A DNA stretch of 64,000 nt from an uncultured Gammaproteobacteria bacterium (GTDB taxonomy: Bacteria > Patescibacteriota > Patescibacteriia > Magasanikbacterales > UBA10003): the NCBI GenBank assembly GCA_964365025.1, contig CAYIOJ010000001.1:42475-106474 (forward strand), given 5' to 3'. The stretch's first letter is position 1. Each line of letters begins with the position of its first letter. Of the stretch, positions 9,009 through 18,731 are shown piece by piece. Both the position numbers and the translations under genes were made by a program. The notes beneath the pieces are model-generated. The model made no database searches and was not told the DNA's origin. It saw only the letters and a list, made by a program, of their open reading frames with translations.

Positions 9009-10670
9009 TTATTTCAACGAAACCAAAACAAATTGATTAACTAAATTTCTCCAAAATACGGATTCTTTTAAAATTTTTTCGTATTTTATTTTGTATTCAC
9101 GATATTTCTCATCTAAATTCATTGTCAAGCAACATTTGGCTGCAAAATAATAAGCAAACGCGTGGTCATTCTTTACTCTTATTGTGTTTTCAAATCCTTT
9201 CAGCGCCACAGCATAATTTCCTAACTTAAAATCATTGTTCTCTACAAAATTGAGTTCAAGATTCAAAAAATAAGCTTTTTCTTGTATATATTCTGGTGTA
9301 AAATCTTCGGTTTCCACAATTGCCCTCTTAAAATCACAATTAATATAATCACCCTTAATATAATTATTTTTTAGGCAAACATCAAGCATTTCGCTACCAA
9401 CAAGAGGAGTGGCCATACTAATTCTAAACCATGATCCATTGAGAGTTTTTAAAAATGAACGCGCGTCTTCTATATCCTGTTTTGTTTCACCGGGCAATCC
9501 TATAAGTATCGACACATCAGAAACTATTCCCAATTGACGACAATCATCAACTACGCGTTTTACAATTGAAAGATTGAGCGGTTTATGCATAATTTCTTTT
9601 AAAACTCTATTACTGCCTGACTCTACTGACAAAACAAGATTATTTACCCCAATACTTTTAAGAGCCTCGAGCATTTTCCTATCTAAAGCATATAGAGCCA
9701 GCGAATTCGGAAAAAAGGCCGTCAAACGCAAATTTTTTATTATATCAAAAATTTCATAAACTCTTTTTTTGTCAGCCATTAAATGATCATCAAAAAAAAT
9801 CAATGTCTCTGCGCCATATTTATCTTTCAACCGCTTAAAATCCTCTTTGACGCGTTTCATACTATAATAACGCATTTTTCTTCCATGTACAGTGTATGAA
9901 GAACAGAAACTGCAACGATGAGGGCACCCTCTAGAGATCATAACCGACATCCCTTTTCTTTTTCTTTCTTCTTCAAGTGGAAAAAGTGAAAGTATGGGAT
10001 TTATACCGTAATCCTTTATGTTCAGAATATCGTAATCTAAAAACGGTATCTCATCTAGGTCTTGAACAAAATCATGTTCAAAAGATTGTTTATTTTTTAT
10101 TTTCTTATTTGTGATCCAAGATAAATTATTTTCTAAAAAATAAACTTTATCTTCTGCCATCATTAATCCTAAAAACGGTTTTTCTCCCTCACCATAACAA
10201 AGAGCGTCAAAGCAATAACTCTCTTTAAAAATCTGATTAAACATGTTGGTTGGAATTCCTCCTCCAGCTACTATCAAAGCGCTGGGAAATAAGTCACGCA
10301 CAGCCTGTCCTAAATCAATCATATTGTGATACGCCGGCGCAAATAATGTCGATATACCCACTACGGTTGGTTTAAAATCGATCCACTCTTTTTTAGAAAA
10401 AAAATCGTAAAACAATTCTATAAAAGAACCGAAACTAAAATCTACCATCTTATTTAAAACGACATTAAAATCAATAAATTTTATCTCTATTGAATTTATA
10501 TTTTTTTTTAAATAGGAGCTTATGGATAAAATACCTAAAGGCATTTCGGTCACCAAACTGCCGAAACTCCCATTTTTTTTAAACACCACACGCTCATTAA
10601 AATCTGGTTTTACAAAACTTGTATAAGTTATGTACGGTGGTACTATAAACAATAAACGGTCCGTTATCAT
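9009..10670 (-). CDS. Cobalamin-binding radical SAM protein with C-terminal TPR-like helices
   Basis: PLGILSIS, VGIS, AGGG and GEGE B12-domain motifs; SRGCPHRCSFC; ESGS; IGLPGET. Confidence 0.9.
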   Translation of the reverse strand: MITDRLLFIVPPYITYTSFVKPDFNERVVFKKNGSFGSLVTEMPLGILSISSYLKKNINSIEIKFIDFNVVLNKMVDFSFGSFIELFYDFFSKKEWIDFKPTVVGISTLFAPAYHNMIDLGQAVRDLFPSALIVAGGGIPTNMFNQIFKESYCFDALCYGEGEKPFLGLMMAEDKVYFLENNLSWITNKKIKNKQSFEHDFVQDLDEIPFLDYDILNIKDYGINPILSLFPLEEERKRKGMSVMISRGCPHRCSFCSSYTVHGRKMRYYSMKRVKEDFKRLKDKYGAETLIFFDDHLMADKKRVYEIFDIIKNLRLTAFFPNSLALYALDRKMLEALKSIGVNNLVLSVESGSNRVLKEIMHKPLNLSIVKRVVDDCRQLGIVSDVSILIGLPGETKQDIEDARSFLKTLNGSWFRISMATPLVGSEMLDVCLKNNYIKGDYINCDFKRAIVETEDFTPEYIQEKAYFLNLELNFVENNDFKLGNYAVALKGFENTIRVKNDHAFAYYFAAKCCLTMNLDEKYREYKIKYEKILKESVFWRNLVNQFVLVSLK

Positions 10671-11764
10671 AAAAATAATCTCTGGTCTTTATTAAACGGC
10701 TTTTGTGTTTTATCTTCATCGGTAAAGACTTCCGAGCATGGCACAGGCAATGATTTGCCATATATTCTTCCGGCGACATACTTTTTAATAAAATCCCGAT
10801 CTTCCGCTATCGTGCAGGTGTCAACATATTCGCCGAAATATTTAATACCAAACCCTCTTTTAATTATATCCTTCAATGGCTCCTTTAAAATATTACCAAC
10901 CGATGTATGAATATATGGACAAGGGAGTACATCTCCATATTGCGTTACGGAAAACATCCCTTTGAGCGCGATGCAACCTATATTAAGTCCGTAAGCGGGA
11001 GTCAAATGAGTAAAGACCTTGTACTTTTTTTCCAATTCCTCCATGTAGGTCATGTCTTTTTTATCAACCAGACCTTCATAATTACCTTCCCACGCGCCGA
11101 CTGGTTTGGCATAGCTTACAAACACACCAATTCCTTTATTAGTAAAATATTCTAAATATTTAATAAACTCTTCCGAATACAGTCGCTCTTTCCAAACAAC
11201 AGTCTGCATAAAAATATCCAACCCGACTTTTCCGACCGCGTCAACGGCTCTCATAACCCTTTCATGCGCACCTTTGGCATGTCTAAATTTATCGTGTTCC
11301 TCGGCGTCTAAACTATCTAAACTTACCTGCACACGGTCAATACCAATGCTTTTTAAATGTTTTGCCCGATTTTCATCCAATAACCACCCATTTGAATCGC
11401 AATTTATATAAAATTTTTGCGGATCAATCGCCGCGACCAATTCGTCAAAATCTTTAAAAACCAATGGTTCGCCTCCGGTTATCGTTACGCGCGCCAACCC
11501 CAATTCGTCTGCTTGTCTGAAAAGTTCTTTTACATCAGGAATGGTCATCTGTGGAGCGTCATTTCTACCTTGAAACTTCTTGATTGAGCAGTGTTCGCAG
11601 GCAAAATTGCAGGTATAATTATACTGAAATTGAATAATGGCAATGCTTTCTCCCCTTTTAATTTTCTCGTTAAATTTCATTATTTTCTTGTAAACAAGGG
11701 GTTTTTCTTCTTTGAGTTTGTTCCTATTTTTGATTTCAGCAAATTTCAACGATTCATTTATCAT
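10667..11764 (-). CDS. Radical SAM / SPASM-twitch domain protein
   Basis: CNFACEHC, TGGEPL; C-terminal GC...GDVLPCPY...GNI. Confidence 0.9.
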   Translation of the reverse strand: MINESLKFAEIKNRNKLKEEKPLVYKKIMKFNEKIKRGESIAIIQFQYNYTCNFACEHCSIKKFQGRNDAPQMTIPDVKELFRQADELGLARVTITGGEPLVFKDFDELVAAIDPQKFYINCDSNGWLLDENRAKHLKSIGIDRVQVSLDSLDAEEHDKFRHAKGAHERVMRAVDAVGKVGLDIFMQTVVWKERLYSEEFIKYLEYFTNKGIGVFVSYAKPVGAWEGNYEGLVDKKDMTYMEELEKKYKVFTHLTPAYGLNIGCIALKGMFSVTQYGDVLPCPYIHTSVGNILKEPLKDIIKRGFGIKYFGEYVDTCTIAEDRDFIKKYVAGRIYGKSLPVPCSEVFTDEDKTQKPFNKDQRLFL

Positions 11765-11792
11765 AACAAGAATCCTCTAAATAAAAATTGTT

Positions 11793-12749
11793 TTAATTTT
11801 TAAAATATTCTTTATACCAAAGATATGTTTCCGCAATTCCATCTTCAAAACTTATTATCGGCACCCAATTTAATTTTTCTTTCGCCTTGGACCAGTCAAG
11901 ATACTGTGCCGGTATTTCATTTTTAGCGATATTCAGGACATTATATTTGATTGTCTGTCCCAAAATTTTTTCTATTCTGTTTATAACATCTATAACGCTA
12001 TAGATGTTCGTACTACCGAAGTTAAAAGCTTCTCCAGCCGCTATTTCTATGTTTTGAGCCAATTTTATACAACCATCAATTATGTCTTTAACATAAACAT
12101 ATTCTCTGACCATTTTTCCATCGCTTCTTACCGCCAGTTCAGCGTCTTTTATTGCCGCTTCTAATGCTCCCGGAATAATTCTGGAAAAATTAAAATCCCT
12201 GGGACCATAAACATTGCTGAATCTCGTTATAACGACTGGCAGGCCATAAGTTGAAAAAAATGCTTGGGCTATCAAATCGGCGGCCGATTTTGATACATCA
12301 TAAGGATGACTGCCTTTCAACGGAAAAAATTCTTTATAAGGCAATTCCTTCGTTCTACCGTATGCCTTATCGGAAGAAATAACAACGACAAATTTTAAAT
12401 CTCCTTTTTGTCTACATGCTTCCAATACATTTACCGTGCCCATGATATTTGTTTCCAGAGTTTCAACGGGATTTTCATAGGCCTTTTCAACAATTGGCTG
12501 CGCGGCTAGATGGAACACGCCATCTATTTTTTCTCTCTCCAAAATTTGAAAAATATTTTTGTCTCTAACATCAGCTTTGTAAAACCTAGCTTTAAGGTTT
12601 ATATTTTCTCTTTTTCCGCTGGATAAATTGTCAATCACAACAACATTGTGGCCCCTTTCTATCAGTTCATCTACTAAATGGGAGCCGATGAAGCCGCCTC
12701 CCCCTGTCACTAAAATATTTTTCGCTTTTAGTCCGTCCATATTTTCCAA
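11793..12749 (-). CDS. rfbG: NDP-sugar 4,6-dehydratase, probably CDP-glucose 4,6-dehydratase
   Basis: TGGGGFIG, HLAAQPIV, SSDKAYG, PYDVSK, NVYGPRD; directly downstream of rfbF. Confidence 0.75.
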   Translation of the reverse strand: MENMDGLKAKNILVTGGGGFIGSHLVDELIERGHNVVVIDNLSSGKRENINLKARFYKADVRDKNIFQILEREKIDGVFHLAAQPIVEKAYENPVETLETNIMGTVNVLEACRQKGDLKFVVVISSDKAYGRTKELPYKEFFPLKGSHPYDVSKSAADLIAQAFFSTYGLPVVITRFSNVYGPRDFNFSRIIPGALEAAIKDAELAVRSDGKMVREYVYVKDIIDGCIKLAQNIEIAAGEAFNFGSTNIYSVIDVINRIEKILGQTIKYNVLNIAKNEIPAQYLDWSKAKEKLNWVPIISFEDGIAETYLWYKEYFKN

Positions 12750-13519
12750 AAAGGATCATTTGTCCAATGTTCGTTCATCTCTTCCGCTTCTTTATGAGTA
12801 TCCATGCACTTCCATTTTCCTGGATGGCAATAAACGGAAAGCTGTCCTTTTTCCGCTAAAAGAGGAAACACGGCTTCAATCATGCCGCCCGGCGGTATCA
12901 GATTCAACACATCGCGATTAAAAACCATAAATCCGCCATTGATAAAATCTCTAGATAAATCATCTTTCATGCCCTGAGTTACTTTGTGCTGAAAAAAATC
13001 TTTAACTTTCTTGGCATCATGGTCAATATTTAAAAAACCAAACCGCGAGGCCGGTCGAACTCCCGTGACTGTCGCCAAAGCGTTTTGCGCCCGATGAAAA
13101 TCAACCAACTCTTTTATGTTTATATTACCCACACCATCTCCATAAGTCACCATAAAATCGTCACCGTCAATATATTTTGCTAATCGCCTGACACGTTCTC
13201 CGGTTAAAGTATCCTGGCCGGTTTCGGCAAAAGTAATCTTAAAATTGTCACACTCATCATTATGAAAAAAAATCTCATTAGATTTAGTATGGAGGGTAAA
13301 ATCGTTAATCAAGCCGCGCCAATTTAAAAAGTATTCTTTAATCATGTGACCCTTATAGCCCAAAGCCAAAACGAACTCATTGTAACCATGATGAGCATAT
13401 AATTTCATGATATGCCACAAAATCGGCTTGCTACCGACCAAAACAAGTGGTTTTGGCTTAAACTCGGTTTCCTCTTTCATTCTAGTGCCCACACCGCCGC
13501 AGAGAATGACTACTTTCAT
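12728..13519 (-). CDS. rfbF: Glucose-1-phosphate cytidylyltransferase
   Basis: MKVVILCGGVGTRMKEET..KPKP, LGYKG..IKEYF, TYGDG, INGGF, WKCMDT. Start reassigned to the ATG at 13519 (ORF track 13585). Confidence 0.9.
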   Translation of the reverse strand: MKVVILCGGVGTRMKEETEFKPKPLVLVGSKPILWHIMKLYAHHGYNEFVLALGYKGHMIKEYFLNWRGLINDFTLHTKSNEIFFHNDECDNFKITFAETGQDTLTGERVRRLAKYIDGDDFMVTYGDGVGNINIKELVDFHRAQNALATVTGVRPASRFGFLNIDHDAKKVKDFFQHKVTQGMKDDLSRDFINGGFMVFNRDVLNLIPPGGMIEAVFPLLAEKGQLSVYCHPGKWKCMDTHKEAEEMNEHWTNDPFWKIWTD

Positions 13520-13556
13520 AAGCTCAAATATTAATGTCTTTTGAGATAAAATTGTA

Positions 13557-15350
13557 TCAAAAATCTTTAATTTTGTAAATATCAAAATTCATATCGGAAT
13601 AAACTCGCTTCATCCCAATTTTTTCCGGCTGCGCGCCGCTGTTTATCCGGCGATCTTTAACATAATAAGATACTTTATACTTTGTTAGGTAAGAACCAAT
13701 ATTTGGAACGATTTCCTTTGCGTACTTATCGTATAAATCCGTAAAATATTTTTCACCCTTTAGAGTAATCGGGTCTGTTTTTTCTCCACAATTTGCGCCA
13801 AACAAATTTAGACGGAAAAATTTACACAACACCACTTTGCGATTATAAATCTTAGCCGGATGAATTGCATTTCCTGAGCCCGCATATAATGCAAAATCTT
13901 TTTTAATATCATCTAAACTTAGTTGATTAAAATAGTTAGACACTAAATATCTTTCCTCTATCTCTTGCGATGGCACAAGCTGAAACAAGCCACCACCCAA
14001 GATGTAGTGTTTGGTTAACGTGGGAATATAGGCATTGGTCAACGAATCTGGTTCAGCCCAAACAACAACTGATTTGCTTTCCTCATTTTCTAGCCAACTT
14101 AAGGGTTCGTTCATTTTTTGATTATCAACAATATGTTGCCAAAGTCGCTGTCTGTTAAAAAAAGAATAAAGATAACCCTTGTAGTAAGAAACTAGGCCGA
14201 ACAAATATGTAAGACACAAAACAAAAATGATTATTTTTTTATATGAACAAAAAAGTTTAAATTGTGCCGCGCTATCTTTAATTAAAGACAAAAAAACAAT
14301 AAAAGCAAGCGGCATCCAAACTAAAATAAACCGCACAATGTGCTGGGCTAACTCTAAGTCTTTCCCGGTTATAACGTTGCTTGCGGAAACAATTATAAGC
14401 GAAAAACCGTTAATAACAAAAAAGATCATCAACAATCTATACATTTGATTCTCCCTTATTTTTTTGATCCAACAAAAAACAAAAAAACACAGCAGCATCA
14501 TAAGAACCACCCAACGGCCGGAATAAAATACCTCGGCGGTTGGCAAACGAGTTGAGACAAGACCAATTCTTTGCATGGTGTCCCAATAATATGGGTGGAT
14601 AATCTGTAAATACGTAAATATGAAAAGCGGCAACGAAAAAATAGTTGTCAAGCCCAATATTTTTATCAAACCAACAGTCATTTCTTTTTTCTTTGTTACC
14701 AGCCAAAACAAAAAAGCCAGCCCCAAAGCTGTGACAACAACCTGCCACAAATAAGTGTAAACGTAAAACGAAAGAGTTGATGACAATATCAATAGAACCG
14801 TCCTTTTTTTATTCTTATGGTCTTTTATCCAAAATAAAAATGAAAAAAGAAAAAATAAATAAAATGGAAAAATCGTTTGCATTGAAACCGTGGCCGTCAT
14901 TAAATAAAATACCTGAAAAAAAGTCAGCTCCGCGCCAAAGACACTTAGCCATTTTGACACACCGGCTTGTTGCAAAATACCATAAGCTAGAAAAACAAAT
15001 AACAAGGACCAGAGCATGTCATTGACAATCGTACCCCACTCCAAAAACAATCCCAATAACATCGGAATGGCGGCTAACCAATCGGCAAAAAAGAAAGCGG
15101 GCGGCAATTCATTGTTATATTCTATTAAAAATGGATTGCCAATAAACGGATGGCCGTCTAAAATCTCTCTTATCCGCGGCTCATAATATTTCCAGTCCCC
15201 ATGCACCGCACCGGTTATAGTAGCCGGACCAATCCATTTGAAATCCTTCGCGAAAAAAAGATTTATGACGGGCAAAGAAAGTAAAAAAATGGTTGCGGCC
15301 GCAAGCAATAATAAATGTTTATAACGAAATAAAATTTTTACCAATATCAT
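13557..15350 (-). CDS. Polytopic membrane protein, putative GT-C-fold glycosyltransferase
   Basis: About 11-12 TM segments, an acidic motif (GDWKYY) in the first loop, a soluble C-terminal domain; sits in a glycan locus. Confidence 0.5.
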   Translation of the reverse strand: MILVKILFRYKHLLLLAAATIFLLSLPVINLFFAKDFKWIGPATITGAVHGDWKYYEPRIREILDGHPFIGNPFLIEYNNELPPAFFFADWLAAIPMLLGLFLEWGTIVNDMLWSLLFVFLAYGILQQAGVSKWLSVFGAELTFFQVFYLMTATVSMQTIFPFYLFFLFSFLFWIKDHKNKKRTVLLILSSTLSFYVYTYLWQVVVTALGLAFLFWLVTKKKEMTVGLIKILGLTTIFSLPLFIFTYLQIIHPYYWDTMQRIGLVSTRLPTAEVFYSGRWVVLMMLLCFFVFCWIKKIRENQMYRLLMIFFVINGFSLIIVSASNVITGKDLELAQHIVRFILVWMPLAFIVFLSLIKDSAAQFKLFCSYKKIIIFVLCLTYLFGLVSYYKGYLYSFFNRQRLWQHIVDNQKMNEPLSWLENEESKSVVVWAEPDSLTNAYIPTLTKHYILGGGLFQLVPSQEIEERYLVSNYFNQLSLDDIKKDFALYAGSGNAIHPAKIYNRKVVLCKFFRLNLFGANCGEKTDPITLKGEKYFTDLYDKYAKEIVPNIGSYLTKYKVSYYVKDRRINSGAQPEKIGMKRVYSDMNFDIYKIKDF

Positions 15351-16240
15351 ACTTTTTTTGCGATTATAAACATATTGTCTCTCAAATTGACAGGAAGGCT
15401 GATTCTGCCCAAAAAATTATTTTTAAAAATTTCTGTCAACCAGCGCCAAATAAAAATTTTCTGCCAATTATATAAAGTCTGGATTATATACTGTAGAGTA
15501 AATTTTTTACCAATATGGCAAACTGATAAAATCTCAAATCCGCAACTCTCTAACATTTTTGTCAAATTATTACGATTGAAAACAAATAAGTGCTCCGGCG
15601 GAGTCAATAAATGCCAGTTTTTGCCTAAAATAAGACTAAAAACACTATTAGTATCGGGCGTGTTGATAATTAACAATCCTCCGCTTTTTAATAATTGATG
15701 GGCCGCGGCCAACTCAGCTTTTGGGTCAGAAAGATGCTCAAACACATCTAAATAAGTTAACGCGTCAAAAAAACCAGATTTTGACAAAAGATCCTTGGTC
15801 GTGCCGCAAATTACGTCTAATCCACAATCTCGAGTGTGTTTGGCGGCATAATCCGATATCTCAACGCCGCTGACTTGCCACCCGCGCCGAGAAGCCAGTT
15901 GTAAAAAGCTGCCCAGGGCCGAACCCACATCCAACAATCTGCCTTTGGTGGGTAAAATTTTTTCTACTTTGTCTAAATAAACATTAAAAGTTTTCTTCAT
16001 AGCCGCCTTATCCTTTTCATAATCAACATAACCGTAACCCAGCGCGGCTCCTTTGAAATAATCTTTAGAATAAAGCCCTCCCGTGTTTTTTGGTATTGGC
16101 CAAACAAAAATTAAACCGCATTCCTGGCATCTATATATATTATAGTTATTTTTTTTGGTAAAAAAAATAACTATATCGCTCCGGCAGATAAGGCAAGCTA
16201 TTTCTCCCATATTGTATCGATTTTTTTCTTTATTTTCCAT
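15347..16240 (-). CDS. Class I SAM-dependent methyltransferase with N-terminal Zn-finger
   Basis: CLIC...CQECG, LLDVGSALG, DVFEH, PPEHL. True start may be 16210. Confidence 0.85.
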   Translation of the reverse strand: MENKEKNRYNMGEIACLICRSDIVIFFTKKNNYNIYRCQECGLIFVWPIPKNTGGLYSKDYFKGAALGYGYVDYEKDKAAMKKTFNVYLDKVEKILPTKGRLLDVGSALGSFLQLASRRGWQVSGVEISDYAAKHTRDCGLDVICGTTKDLLSKSGFFDALTYLDVFEHLSDPKAELAAAHQLLKSGGLLIINTPDTNSVFSLILGKNWHLLTPPEHLFVFNRNNLTKMLESCGFEILSVCHIGKKFTLQYIIQTLYNWQKIFIWRWLTEIFKNNFLGRISLPVNLRDNMFIIAKKV

Positions 16241-16917
16241 GGAGCTAAAATTCCTTCCTTAATAATATGATTGGAAATCTTTGATTCGCCATTCAATCTA
16301 TTTTTAAAAATTATAGGAATTTCTTTAAATTGCGCGCCGGCTTTCCACAATAAATACTTGAGCTCTATCTGAAAGGCGTAGCCAGACATATCCATGCGTG
16401 ATAAATCAATCTTTCGCAAAAAATCGGTTTTAATTAAATTAAACCCCCCGGTACAATCAAAAATCGGCATTTTAGTAATCAGGCGAGAGTACAAATTGCC
16501 GAATTTACTCAAAAAACGACGCCAAGCTTCCCAACCAACAGTGCCTCCGTTCTTCACATAACGCGACCCCACTACTACATCAAATTTTTTTGCCACCTCC
16601 AACAACTCGGGCAAATATTTTGGGTCATGCGAAAAATCCGCATCCATCATGATGACACATTCAACCAAATTGTCTTTTAAAATTAACTGAAAGGCGTCCA
16701 AATATGCCAGGCCAAGTCCTTCTTTGCGCGGTCTTTCAAAAAGAGATAAATTAGGATATTCTGATTGCAAACTTTTCACGACCTCCGAAGTTTTGTCCGG
16801 CGAGTTGTCGTCAACCACCAAAATTTTAATCCCCGGTGCCATTTTAAAAATAGCTGAAATAATACCCCCAATATTATCTCTTTCATTGTAGGTGGGAATA
16901 ATTATCAAATTCTCCAT
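16198..16917 (-). CDS. Polyprenol-phosphate-mannose synthase-like GT2 (DPM1/Ppm1 family)
   Basis: IPTYNE, VDDNSPD, GLGLAY, MDADFSH, GSRY, DCTGGF, GYAFQIE. Confidence 0.9.
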   Translation of the reverse strand: MENLIIIPTYNERDNIGGIISAIFKMAPGIKILVVDDNSPDKTSEVVKSLQSEYPNLSLFERPRKEGLGLAYLDAFQLILKDNLVECVIMMDADFSHDPKYLPELLEVAKKFDVVVGSRYVKNGGTVGWEAWRRFLSKFGNLYSRLITKMPIFDCTGGFNLIKTDFLRKIDLSRMDMSGYAFQIELKYLLWKAGAQFKEIPIIFKNRLNGESKISNHIIKEGILAPWKIKKKIDTIWEK

Positions 16918-16920
16918 AAT

Positions 16921-18024
16921 TTAAATAAAATTTTTATGCATTGGTTCGTGTCCGGTGGCCGGCGCCAATTTCGCGTCATTATTCTTCAAATCCCAAAGAA
17001 ATTCGTTGACTTTATGCTGTAAGCACAACGTGCCACACATGGTGCGAGCGTCAAACTTTTCTGAAGCGATTAAATTCATCACCTCCCAATATCGTTCACC
17101 TTGCCAAAGTTCTTTAAATGATGTCTCCGCGATATTGCCAATATGATATTTTTTGTATCTTTCATTGAAAAGCATGCCGCAGGGCGCCACTAACCCCGAA
17201 CCAGACATCTGCAAAATAAAAGGCGGACCAAAACATTGCGAGTATTTTCTTTTCCCGCCGCTCATTATCTTTGACCACTTCGCTTTAACCAAATAATCTT
17301 TAGTGGAATAGCTTTCTGCTTTTTTCAGCAGTTCCGTCAATTCAAAATATTTTGAATAATCAACCCCTAAACTCCCCTCCTCATCATCGCTACAATGCTT
17401 AATAACTAAATAATCAACTCCTAATTCTTGGCCTAATTTAGCCAGCGGCATGATTTGATCCTGAAACTGCGGCATCAAAACCATTTGCAATCCAATGGTC
17501 ACTGTTAAATCCTGCTGTTTTTTAATACGCACGGCATTTTTGATATTATCGCAAACTTGATAAAACGCCTGTTCTGGACAACCGTGTATTTCCGCGTATC
17601 TCTTGGGTTTGGCGGCCGAGATATTGAATCGCAAATAAGTCAAAGCCGGCAATATTTTTGCCAAATGAATTTCATTTAATAAATAACCATTGGTACCTAA
17701 AGCCATATCCAAACCATTAGCGCGACCCTGAACGATCGCGTCATATAAATATGGCGAACAAGTGCTTTCTCCGTCACTCACAAAACTAACGGCTTTCACG
17801 CCGATATCGGCGGCATCGTCCAAAAATTTAAACACTACTTCTTTGGTCATTCTTTTTATGTCATTAGCTTGAAGTTGGCCATAACAATAAACACAATGAT
17901 AATTGCAGGCGCGAGTTAGAGCGCAGTCAATAGTAATCGGGGCAATTCGCTCGCCACGCAACCATGCCTCTACGCGATCCTTGTGCCAATTCAATTTGTG
18001 ACCATCAAGAATGATTTCACTCAT
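16921..18024 (-). CDS. Radical SAM / SPASM-twitch domain protein (paralog of 20762-21856)
   Basis: CNYHCVYC; C-terminal CFGPPF...APC...GNI...CGTLC; ends HKNFI. Confidence 0.9.
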   Translation of the reverse strand: MSEIILDGHKLNWHKDRVEAWLRGERIAPITIDCALTRACNYHCVYCYGQLQANDIKRMTKEVVFKFLDDAADIGVKAVSFVSDGESTCSPYLYDAIVQGRANGLDMALGTNGYLLNEIHLAKILPALTYLRFNISAAKPKRYAEIHGCPEQAFYQVCDNIKNAVRIKKQQDLTVTIGLQMVLMPQFQDQIMPLAKLGQELGVDYLVIKHCSDDEEGSLGVDYSKYFELTELLKKAESYSTKDYLVKAKWSKIMSGGKRKYSQCFGPPFILQMSGSGLVAPCGMLFNERYKKYHIGNIAETSFKELWQGERYWEVMNLIASEKFDARTMCGTLCLQHKVNEFLWDLKNNDAKLAPATGHEPMHKNFI

Positions 18025-18725
18025 AAAATTTTATGACGAAGATAAATATCCGTGAATAAATCCAAAATTGTCAGTAAAACATAATAAACATTTTTCAATT
18101 TTAAAGCCCGTGATTGGCGTTGGGGCGGCTTAATTATCATTTCAATTTCTTTATAATGATAACCGGCTTTAATCAAACGCACCAAAATCGCCGACATATA
18201 AGCAAAATTGCTGGCAATGGGCGCCTTTTTGAGTAAATCGGTTTTAATTAAAGAGGGGCCGTTAAAATATCTCAAATTTAAGCCGAATAAAAAATTCAAA
18301 AAGTTGGTATAAATCGCGGAAATAAAACGACGAGACCAACTTCTAATTTTTTTATTAACAGTATAAGTAGTGACAATTTCGGCTGAACCTAAGGCCTTAA
18401 AAAGATTTTTAATGGTGCGCGAATCGGTTTCGTCGTCTCCGGGTAACATAACTGCATATTCCCCCCGCGCCATAGCCACGCCTTCACGAAAACAGCCGCC
18501 CAAATTTTGCGGTAGAGCATGATGGATAACTCGAATACGCGAACTAGACGACGCCAAAGCATCGGCGATTTCTCCGGTTTGGTCGGTGCTGCCGTCGTTA
18601 AAAATCAAAATTTCATAATCATTTCTTCCTGATAAGGCAGTCGAGATATTTCTCACGGCGCTGGCAATATTTTTTTCCTCATTCAAGGCCGGAACAATGA
18701 TTGATATATTAATATTCTCTTCCAT
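18021..18725 (-). CDS. GT2 glycosyltransferase (DPM-like)
   Basis: VPALNEE, FNDGSTD; PGDDE in the DxD position. Confidence 0.85.
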   Translation of the reverse strand: MEENINISIIVPALNEEKNIASAVRNISTALSGRNDYEILIFNDGSTDQTGEIADALASSSSRIRVIHHALPQNLGGCFREGVAMARGEYAVMLPGDDETDSRTIKNLFKALGSAEIVTTYTVNKKIRSWSRRFISAIYTNFLNFLFGLNLRYFNGPSLIKTDLLKKAPIASNFAYMSAILVRLIKAGYHYKEIEMIIKPPQRQSRALKLKNVYYVLLTILDLFTDIYLRHKIL

Positions 18726-18731
18726 AAAATG

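Noticed and set aside
10501-10509. T9 homopolymer (and similar A/T runs) as phase-variation tracts
   Set aside because: Such runs are expected in AT-rich Lys/Phe codons and all ORFs are in frame; no poly-G/C tracts were seen
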